From an uncultured bacterium (lineage in GTDB: Bacteria; Bacillota; Clostridia; Oscillospirales; Oscillospiraceae), in contig CASEKM010000001.1 in assembly GCA_949288405.1 (NCBI GenBank), positions 1 through 45,483 of the forward strand: a stretch of 45,483 nt of DNA, given 5' to 3'. Positions 37,549-44,571 of the stretch are shown here, in pieces. Numbering within the stretch: position 1 is the stretch's first letter; every line of letters starts with the position of its first letter. Both the position numbers and the translations under genes were made by a program. Under the pieces are notes generated by a model, which worked only from the letters and a program-made list of their open reading frames with translations, was not told where the DNA came from and searched no databases.

Positions 37549-39513
37549 TCATTTTAGCTTCATTTTTCCCGCCGTGTCCATGTCCTCTTGCGAGAGGTTC
37601 TGACTCCGATATTCCAGCAGCATGGCAGTCAATTCGGGGTTGCCGAGTTTGGCCGATTCTTTCACATAATAGCCGATGTCCTTTGCCGTAAGATACCGTT
37701 CCATCAGAATGACCCGCAGGCAAGCGAGATCTGTCCACAGTGTCTTGCAATGGCCTTTGATGTATTTCAGGCAGCCTGTCTTCACCTCGTCTAAGATCTG
37801 CTCTCCGGCTAGATAGCGTTCCGCGAAAGACCGCGCAGCAATCTCACGGATGGAGGGCTGCAGCTCCGCGATATTTCCACCAGCGATAACAAGCTCTGGC
37901 TGTGCATCCTCTCCAAACGCCTTTTGGCCAAACTTGACCTTACTGCCCAGCAGTGTGATCCGTTTCAAGAGGCAATGCGCAAAGGCACCCGCGCCGACTT
38001 CCTCCACGGCGGCAGGCAGTGTCAGCTCCGTCAGGCACGCCCCGTCGAAGGCGTGGTTATCAATTTTTGTGAGACTCTTCGGGAGCGTGACTGCGTCCAA
38101 TCCGGTATCCGAAAATGTATATTTTCCAATGCTGGTCAGCTGAGGAGGAAACTCTACCTGATGAAGCTGTGTACAGCCTTTACAGAGGCTGGCGCTGATT
38201 TTCTTTGTTTTAGCTGATAACTTTAGTGTGGTCAGCGCTGTACAGCCGGTAAAGGCCTCGGAGCCCATGGCCGTGACGGTGTCGGGGATCGTAACGGACG
38301 TGATCTTTTCGCATCCGGAAAACGCGGCATCCACAATCTTTTTCACCCCATCCGGTATCAGGCATGCCCCGGTAATTCCTCCAACGCAGATATATAGGAT
38401 CGTGCCATCGACAGAGAGAATCATACCCTTTTCAAATCGGAAATTGGGATTATCCGGGTGGATTTCCACTTCCGCCAGACTGATGCAGCCGGAAAATGCC
38501 CGTTTTTCTATTTTTTTCACACTGGCAGGAACAGATACTCTGACCAGGCTTGTACATCCAGCAAAGGCCTCGGCGCAGATCTCCTCTACGCCCTCTGGAA
38601 AAGTAATCCCGGTGAGGGTGGTACATTCCGCGAAAAGGCGGGGGCTAACTGACTTCTTCTCCGCCGGAAACACGATGTCTCCGCCAGGGCCGGCGTATTT
38701 TAGCCATGTACCCTCTTCTGTAATCTGTGTCATGTAGTCGCCTCCCTGCACACTGCCGTCCGCTTGAAACGCAATATGGTTCTTCTCGGCGTAGTGCTCG
38801 GCGTAGCTGCCCGCCGGGGCGCTTATCTGAATCCTATTGCAGTGATCGAATGCGGCACCCCCTATCGTGGTCACGCTCTCTGGAAGAGAGACAGACTGGA
38901 GACCCGTACAGCTAGAGAAGGCGTAGCTGCCGATGAAGGTCATGCCATCGGGAAAAGATAATCCACGCAGACTGGTACAACCTACGAAGGCGGACGTGTC
39001 AATAGATTTCATGCTCTTCGGGAAAGATAGATCCGTTAAAGCCGGGCAGCTGTGAAATGCGCTTTCATGGATGGCAGTCAATGTGCTGGGAAACTCCACA
39101 TGCACCAAACTGCTGCAGTGGTAAAAGGCGTAGTCCCCAATGCTGCTTACGCCGTCCGGGATACTGACGCTGGTGAGGCCGGAACAGTCCCGGCACAGGT
39201 CGCGCGCAAGCGCAGTTACTCCCGCAGGGATCATGAGTTCCTTTAGGCTGGAGCAGCCTTGAAAAGCGGCGACATCCATCTGTTTGAGCGTAGCGGGCAG
39301 TTGGATGTTCCTAAGATTGGTACAGCCATCAAACGCGCCGCTTTTGATCTTCGTTACGCCGTCAGGCAGGATAATACTCGTGAGATCGTCGCGTCCACGA
39401 AAGGCGCGGGAGCCAATTCCGGTTATCCCCTCTGGAATGACCACCTCCCCGCCGGGGCCGTTGTACTCCTCCAATATCCCATATTGAATAACAAAATCAG
39501 AATTGCCGCTCAT
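37549..39513 (-). CDS. BspA-type (LRR_5) leucine-rich repeat protein, no signal peptide
   Basis: Many IP.GVT.IG..AF.GC..L..I repeats in two blocks, each headed by Y.GPGG.(V/I)..P; helical C-terminal domain. Confidence 0.9.
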   Translation of the reverse strand: MSGNSDFVIQYGILEEYNGPGGEVVIPEGITGIGSRAFRGRDDLTSIILPDGVTKIKSGAFDGCTNLRNIQLPATLKQMDVAAFQGCSSLKELMIPAGVTALARDLCRDCSGLTSVSIPDGVSSIGDYAFYHCSSLVHVEFPSTLTAIHESAFHSCPALTDLSFPKSMKSIDTSAFVGCTSLRGLSFPDGMTFIGSYAFSSCTGLQSVSLPESVTTIGGAAFDHCNRIQISAPAGSYAEHYAEKNHIAFQADGSVQGGDYMTQITEEGTWLKYAGPGGDIVFPAEKKSVSPRLFAECTTLTGITFPEGVEEICAEAFAGCTSLVRVSVPASVKKIEKRAFSGCISLAEVEIHPDNPNFRFEKGMILSVDGTILYICVGGITGACLIPDGVKKIVDAAFSGCEKITSVTIPDTVTAMGSEAFTGCTALTTLKLSAKTKKISASLCKGCTQLHQVEFPPQLTSIGKYTFSDTGLDAVTLPKSLTKIDNHAFDGACLTELTLPAAVEEVGAGAFAHCLLKRITLLGSKVKFGQKAFGEDAQPELVIAGGNIAELQPSIREIAARSFAERYLAGEQILDEVKTGCLKYIKGHCKTLWTDLACLRVILMERYLTAKDIGYYVKESAKLGNPELTAMLLEYRSQNLSQEDMDTAGKMKLK

Positions 39514-39542
39514 ATGCTCTGCTCCTTCCTGTATTCTTGCGT

Positions 39543-39713
39543 TCACTTCAGCCCATGCCGCCGGGCGATCTCCTCCAGTTCCTCCTCGTCCGCCTTTCGG
39601 AACTCATCTTCCTCCAGCAGCATGGCGGGCATACCGCCGGAAAATACTCCGGCGTACACATCGTCCAGAAGCTTCTGCCGCAGGTCATCCGGGTTTTGGC
39701 CACATGTTTTCAT
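39543..39713 (-). CDS. 56-aa acidic helical hypothetical protein (copy B)
   Basis: MKTCGQNPDDLRQKLLDDVYAGVFSGGMPAMLLEEDEFRKADEEELEEIARRHGLK; AGGAGG RBS; 43/56 identical to copy A. Confidence 0.8.
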   Translation of the reverse strand: MKTCGQNPDDLRQKLLDDVYAGVFSGGMPAMLLEEDEFRKADEEELEEIARRHGLK

Positions 39714-39750
39714 CAGTTGTTCCTCCTATCACAGTTGTTATCAATATAAC

Positions 39751-39804
39751 AAAAAGGCACCCTCCTTCCCCATGCTCAGCATTGGGAAAGAAAGTGCCTT
39801 TTTT
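39751..39804 (-). terminator. Terminator/attenuator hairpin upstream of the first cargo operon
   Basis: AAAAAGGCAC...GTGCCTTTTTT with an extended paired stem. Confidence 0.75.
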
Positions 39805-39898
39805 ATACTATGCAGCCAGCATAGTATCGCTGGCAAAACAGTGCCTCGTACAGAAAAGCATCGAGATGTTTCCATGGTGATTGATGTATAATCCGCAT
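39803..39898 (-). CDS. 31-aa putative leader or small peptide
   Basis: MRIIHQSPWKHLDAFLYEALFCQRYYAGCIV; GGAGGA RBS 6 nt upstream; promoter immediately upstream. Confidence 0.55.
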   Translation of the reverse strand: MRIIHQSPWKHLDAFLYEALFCQRYYAGCIV

Positions 39899-39932
39899 CA
39901 TTGCTCCTCCATATTTCTGGAATCTATTATGC

Positions 39933-39961
39933 ATTATAACATGAATGCGGCAGTAAAACAA
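39933..39961 (-). promoter_or_regulatory. Sigma-A-like promoter at the head of the cargo
   Basis: TTGTTT-N17-TATAAT with a TG extended -10. Confidence 0.6.
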
Positions 39962-40319
39962 CTTCGTCTATATTGCTCTTCCAAGTGAAAAAATTGTGCA
40001 TGAACCCGTAAAAGTAAGTAACAGATGGCTCCAAAAAATGTGATTAGGGGAAGGACACATTTTCCTCCCCCTTCACAGAGCCATAACAAGCAAATATGCA
40101 GAAACGGTAAATTAGAATGGGAAATATGGGCGATAGAATAGCATCTATAGAGAAACAGCAGAAAGTATACAAAATAAACTGCCCCTGTTTGTTAGACAGT
40201 ATAATATACTGAATCACAAACTGGACAGTTCAAAGTGGACCGTCTTCTTTCCGCGTTCAGATCATCACTGCCAACTCCACTTGCAGCGTCCTCCCGTTCT
40301 GTTGACTTCGAAGTTCTAA

Positions 40320-40344
40320 ACTTCTTTTTGCTCCATATAATATG
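40320..40344. other. Right attachment site (element-side arm plus core)
   Basis: ACTTCTTTTTGCTCCATATA followed by ATATG; SpoIVA homology stops exactly here (..KASAPSIH|). Confidence 0.9.
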
Positions 40345-41544
40345 GATAGACGGTGCGCTGGCCTTTAGGCGCACCCCGTACCGTCCTCCCTGCTTGACGA
40401 TCTCCGGCTCCTCCAGCTTCAGGGAGTCGATGGAGGGCACCACAATGCCGTAGCCGGTCTCCTCCACCTCCTTCAGGGCGTCGGCCACCTTGTCGTAGGA
40501 CGCCTTCACCTGGGAGAGCTGGGTGAGCAGGGCCATCAGGTCCCCGTCGTCCCCGATCTGGAAGCCCGACTGCTGGGACAGGGTGTGGTAAAACAGGGCG
40601 CGGGGCAGCTCCAGCACGGCGGAGGCCAGGCCGGTGCCCAGGTCAATGGCGTTCACCTTGGCCTGGCTCACCTGCTCACACTCCCGCATGGAGCCCACCG
40701 CCTCCTCCACGTCCCGGATGCGGTGCAGCCGGTCCGCCCCATCCCGGATGGCCTCGTACAGGGCGGCCTTGATGGGGTGCTCCTGGGGCAGTGCGTCCAC
40801 CCAGGGGGGCAGGAACAGGTCCAGCTCCTTCAGGGGGAACTCGTAGAGCACCTGCTTCAAAATGCCGTTGATGTCCTCCTCCCGCAGCTCCAGGCAGTTG
40901 CAGGCCACGCAGGTCACCTGGTGGCGCTGGGCGATGTCCGCCCGGATGGCCCGGGCCCGGTCGGAGTCCGGGTAGGCAGAGTTGAGCACCACCAGGAAGG
41001 GCTTGCCCAGCTCCTTCAGCTCGGAGATCACCCGCTCCTCCGCCTCCAGGTAGTCCTCCCGGGGGATGTCGGTGATGGAGCCGTCGGTGGTGACCACGAT
41101 GCCGATGGTGGAGTGCTCGGCGATCACCTTCCGGGTACCCACCTCCGCCGCCTCGGACATGGGGATCTCGTGGTCGAACCAGGGGGTGGTCACCATCCGC
41201 TGCTCCTCCCCTTCCAGCTGGCCCACCGCCCCGGGCACCAGATAGCCCACGCAGTCGATGAGCCGCACCTGAAAGGCGGCCTCCCCCTCCATGGAGACGG
41301 TGACCGCCTCCTCCGGGACAAACTTGGGCTCCGCCGTCATGATGGTGCGGCCCGAGCCGCTCTGGGGCAGCTCGTCCCGGGCCCGCTCCCGGCGGTAGAC
41401 GTTGTCGATGTTGGGGATGACCAGGGTCTCCATAAACCGCTTGATGAAGGTGGACTTGCCTGTACGCACCGGCCCTACCACGCCGATATAGATGTCGCCC
41501 TCGGTCCGAAGCGCGATATCCTCGTAGATTTTGCGGTCTTCCAC
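40340..41544 (-). CDS. spoIVA: Stage IV sporulation protein A, 5' fragment (residues 1-401; reads on into the element to 40192)
   Basis: IYEDIALRTEGDIYIGVVGPVRTGKSTFIKRFME, DELPQSGSGRTIMTAEPKFVP, HSTIGIVVTTDGS, EEPEIVKQGGRYGVRLKASAPSIH; AAGGAGG RBS before GTG 41544. Confidence 0.97.
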
Positions 41545-41585
41545 TTGAATTCCTCCTTCGGCCTGTGGGCCGGTCATTTCCGTAC

Positions 41586-41614
41586 ACTATATGGGGATAA
41601 GCTATCGGATATGA
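41586..41614 (-). promoter_or_regulatory. Sigma-E promoter of spoIVA
   Basis: TCATATC-N14-CATATAGT fits the sigma-E consensus; spoIVA is a known sigma-E gene. Confidence 0.85.
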
Positions 41615-41640
41615 CTTGGAGGCAGGGAGACCGCACGCGC

Positions 41641-41666
41641 CGCCCCATCTGCGATGGGGCCCCTAC
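41641..41666 (-). repeat. Single GTAG-type REP-like palindrome
   Basis: GTAGGGGCCCCATCGCAGATGGGGCG; overlaps the stop of the upstream gene. Confidence 0.45.
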
Positions 41667-42373
41667 GGCGAGGAGGCGCTTCCGCTGTCCTTCTCCCCCA
41701 CCATCCGGTGCAGGCAGGCCAGGGCGTCAGACAGGCCCCCGATCTCATCGATCAAACCCAACTCCACCGCCTCCTCGCCGTAGATGACGCTGCCCACGTC
41801 GGCGGCCAGCTCTCCTGTCTGGAGCATCAGCTTCGTAAAGTCCTTTCGCTTCACATGGCTGTTGGCCGTCACAAACTGGGTGATGCGCTCCTGGATGCGC
41901 TCAAAGTAGTAGAAGGTCTGGGGCACCCCGATGACCAGGCCGTTGAGCCGCACCGGGTGGATGGTCATGGCCGCCGAGGGGGCGATGAAGGACCGCTTGG
42001 CGGACACCGCCAGGGGCACGCCGATGGAGTGCCCGCCCCCCAGCACCAGGGAGACGGTGGGCTTGGACATGCTGGCGATGAGCTCCGCGATGGCCAGCCC
42101 CGCCTCGATGTCTCCCCCCACCGTGTTCAGCAGCACCAGCAGTCCGTCGATGTCGTCGCTCTCCTCCACCAGGGCCAGCAGGGGCATCACATGCTCATAC
42201 TTGGTGCTCTTGCTCCCCGGGGGCAGCACCTGGTGCCCCTCCACCTGTCCCACGATGGTGAGCACATGGATGGTCCCCCGCCGGGAGCGGATGACGGACG
42301 ACCCAAAATCTACAATGGGCTGGGGGTCCTCCGGGCTCTCCTCCGGGCAGCGCCCCGCTTCCTGTTCCTCCAA
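41663..42373 (-). CDS. tepA: ClpP-family protease, TepA-like
   Basis: LTIVGQVEGH..LP...KSTKYEH, LNTVGGDIEAGLAIAE, LVLGGGHSIGVPLAV, TIHPVR, GLIDEIGG. Confidence 0.85.
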   Translation of the reverse strand: MEEQEAGRCPEESPEDPQPIVDFGSSVIRSRRGTIHVLTIVGQVEGHQVLPPGSKSTKYEHVMPLLALVEESDDIDGLLVLLNTVGGDIEAGLAIAELIASMSKPTVSLVLGGGHSIGVPLAVSAKRSFIAPSAAMTIHPVRLNGLVIGVPQTFYYFERIQERITQFVTANSHVKRKDFTKLMLQTGELAADVGSVIYGEEAVELGLIDEIGGLSDALACLHRMVGEKDSGSASSP

Positions 42374-42516
42374 ACCGATCTCCTCCCTTCCCCGTTAGGG
42401 TGGCGGAAACCGGCCTTTTTATTCCCACTCCTCCGCCGGGCCCATTCTACTTTTCGTAGGTTGCCTTTTTCCCGCGTCTCCCCTATGATAACAGGGAACA
42501 GAAAGGAGCGATCTTC

Positions 42517-43089
42517 TTGGACAACATCCAATTCGGGGCCTTTGTGGCCCAGCTGAGAAAAGAGCGGGGACTGACCCAGCGGGAGCTGGCCGACCGGCTC
42601 CACGTCACCGACAAGGCGGTGAGCAAATGGGAGACCGGAAAGGGATTTCCCGACCTGAAGCTGTTGGAGCCCCTGGCCCAGGAGCTGGAGGTCTCTCTGG
42701 TGGAGCTCCTCCAGGGGGAGCGCTCCCCCTCCCCCACCCTCACCAAGGAGGAGGCGGGCCAGGCGGCGGTCCAGGCCATGGAGCAGGGGGAGCGGAATGC
42801 CGCCCGGCGGTATCTGCGCCTGTTCCAGATATTTCTGTGGGTAGGGGCGGCCCTGTGCGGGATCTCCCTTGTTCCCTCGCTCAGCCTGGGGGCCTATCTG
42901 CTCTACTTTGATCTGTTCCGAGCGCCGGAATTGGGGGTAATCGGGAGTGCCGACGGCCCCACAGTCATTTTAACCGCCGGCTCACCTCTCATTCCCCACT
43001 GGCTCCAGCCTGTGCTGACCGCCGCGGTCCTCCTGTTGTGCGTCATCCTGGCCCTTCGGGTGCGGCGGCTGGAGAGGAGGCTGAAATGA
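42517..43089 (+). CDS. XRE-family HTH regulator with C-terminal TM helices
   Basis: LRKERGLTQRELADRLHVTDKAVSKWETG..PD; hydrophobic C-terminus with VIGSADGPT. Confidence 0.88.
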   Translation: MDNIQFGAFVAQLRKERGLTQRELADRLHVTDKAVSKWETGKGFPDLKLLEPLAQELEVSLVELLQGERSPSPTLTKEEAGQAAVQAMEQGERNAARRYLRLFQIFLWVGAALCGISLVPSLSLGAYLLYFDLFRAPELGVIGSADGPTVILTAGSPLIPHWLQPVLTAAVLLLCVILALRVRRLERRLK

Positions 43090-43523
43090 GACGTCTTCCG
43101 CTCCTCCTGGCTCTGGCGCTGTGTCTCCTGACCGGCTGCTCCTCCGACGCCGGAGGCATCCCGGAGGGCCTGACCTGGACGGCCCAGGTGCTCCAGTCCC
43201 AGGGGAACGGGGCGATTTTGGCCGCCGCCTCCGGGGAGGACGGTGGCCGGGCGGTGCCCGTCCTGGACATCACCGCCCAGGTGGAGCAGGGAAAGGTCAT
43301 CCTCACCGACCGCGCCTCCGGGGAGACCTGCACGGGGAGCCTCGCCCCCAGGGCAGACGCCGCTCCGGGCTCCCAAATCTACACCCTCCGCTTCCCGGAC
43401 CGGCCGGAGGGGCACGCCGTCTACGGAGTGACGGAGTACGCCGGCGGCGGCCGGGAGGCCACCCTGTATCTGACTGTGGAACAGCGGACGCTGCGCCTCA
43501 CCGCCCCCCTCCCGGAAAAATAG
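43086..43523 (+). CDS. Putative lipoprotein
   Basis: MRRLPLLLALALCLLTGC lipobox; ATG overlaps the upstream stop. Confidence 0.75.
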   Translation: MRRLPLLLALALCLLTGCSSDAGGIPEGLTWTAQVLQSQGNGAILAAASGEDGGRAVPVLDITAQVEQGKVILTDRASGETCTGSLAPRADAAPGSQIYTLRFPDRPEGHAVYGVTEYAGGGREATLYLTVEQRTLRLTAPLPEK

Positions 43524-43525
43524 GA

Positions 43526-43568
43526 GCAAAAGGGGTGGAAAGCTTTTCTGCTTTCCACCCCTTTTTTA
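43526..43568. terminator. Bidirectional terminator
   Basis: AAAAGGGGTGGAAAGC...GCTTTCCACCCCTTTTTT. Confidence 0.8.
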
Positions 43569-43730
43569 TATGCTGTCTCTCAGCTTCTCCATGACAAAGT
43601 TGGGCAGGAGCACCCCCCGCCGCTCCACCTGCTGGGCCTTCACCACCCGGCAGCCCCGCCCCTCGAAAAAGGGGCGGGCGTTGAGGGAGGCCTGCACCCA
43701 CAGGCGGGGCGCGGCGCTCTCCCCTCTCAA
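43566..43730 (-). pseudogene. C-terminal fragment of a GNAT acetyltransferase
   Basis: ...LWVQASLNARPFFEGRGCRVVKAQQVERRGVLLPNFVMEKL resembles the end of YafP-like GNATs; the N-terminal part is absent. Confidence 0.7.
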
Positions 43731-43740
43731 AAAATTCCCG

Positions 43741-44487
43741 CTACACCAGCAGCCGGCAGGCCAGCAAAAAGACAGCCGCCGCCCCCGCCGTCCCCAGCAG
43801 CCAGAGCCGCCCTGCCCGGGAGCGGAGGGGGATCCCCCTCCGGTGCAGCCCCTCCAGTACGCCGCCGCTGGCCAGCCCGATCAGGGAGATCCCGCCCCAG
43901 ATCAGCCAGCCGTAGTGGCCGTGGCCCAGGGGCGCTCCCTCCGGGAAGGGGCCCAGCAGCTCCCCCAGGAAAATCCCCAGGGGCATGGCGGCCAGGGAGG
44001 CCCCGGCCAGGCGCACCCGGCCCGCCAGGGCGGCCAGCACGGAGATCCCCATAGCCAGCCAGAACAGGCGGCTGCTCAGCAGCCACCCGAATACATATAA
44101 GTCGGACTGCCAGCTGGTCAGCCAGCCCAGCAGGGAGTAGCCCTCCCGCCGGCCCCACAAGAGCCGCCCCAGGAGGAACAGGGCCAGATAGGCCCCGGCG
44201 GTCAGGGCCGCCCATCTCAGGCGCTCCCTCCACTCCGGTCGGCCGTCCTCCGCCTGGGAGGCGGTCCCGTCCGGGGCACTCTCTCCAAAATCCTCCGGAG
44301 GGACCAGCTGCGTCAGCTCCACCTGAAGGACCCCGGCCAGCTTCAGCAGGTGTTCCGTGCTGGGGGCGCTGCGCCCGGCCTCCCACTTGGCCACCGCCTG
44401 GCGGCTCACCCCCAGACGCTCGGCCAGCTGCTCCTGGGACAGCCCCGCCCGCCGGCGGCAGTCCCGGATGCGCTCCTGTAATGTCAC
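43741..44487 (-). CDS. XRE-family HTH regulator with multi-TM C-terminus
   Basis: RIRDCRRRAGLSQEQLAERLGVSRQAVAKWEAGRSAP; several hydrophobic segments; GGAGGTG RBS before GTG 44487. Confidence 0.88.
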   Translation of the reverse strand: MTLQERIRDCRRRAGLSQEQLAERLGVSRQAVAKWEAGRSAPSTEHLLKLAGVLQVELTQLVPPEDFGESAPDGTASQAEDGRPEWRERLRWAALTAGAYLALFLLGRLLWGRREGYSLLGWLTSWQSDLYVFGWLLSSRLFWLAMGISVLAALAGRVRLAGASLAAMPLGIFLGELLGPFPEGAPLGHGHYGWLIWGGISLIGLASGGVLEGLHRRGIPLRSRAGRLWLLGTAGAAAVFLLACRLLV

Positions 44488-44571
44488 GCCGTCCACCTCC
44501 CTCTGCCCTCAATATAGCACAGGGAGGACAGCGGCGCAATCAACTTCGGGGGCAACTATAGGTTGCCCCGG

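Larger units (their letters stand above)
16100..40344 (-). mobile_element. Serine-recombinase element (24,240 bp) inserted in spoIVA
   Basis: ATATG core at 16100-16104 and 40340-40344, inverted arms, recombinase at one end, both spoIVA halves flanking in frame, visibly more AT-rich sequence especially near the ends. Confidence 0.95.

Noticed and set aside
37549-39513. Repeat array or CRISPR
   Set aside because: The periodicity is degenerate protein-level LRR; no identical direct repeats with spacers and no cas genes in the window.
16100-40344. Prophage or ICE
   Set aside because: No structural, packaging, lysis, relaxase, coupling-protein or T4SS genes are recognisable.
40192-41577. ORF-track 461-aa protein read as a complete SpoIVA
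   Set aside because: Homology stops at His401; the last 49 aa are element sequence and the true C-terminus is at 15826-16101.
42395-42425. Forespore sigma-F/G promoter for tepA (GAATA-N17-CACCCTA)
   Set aside because: Plausible but the -10 match is too weak to call from sequence alone.
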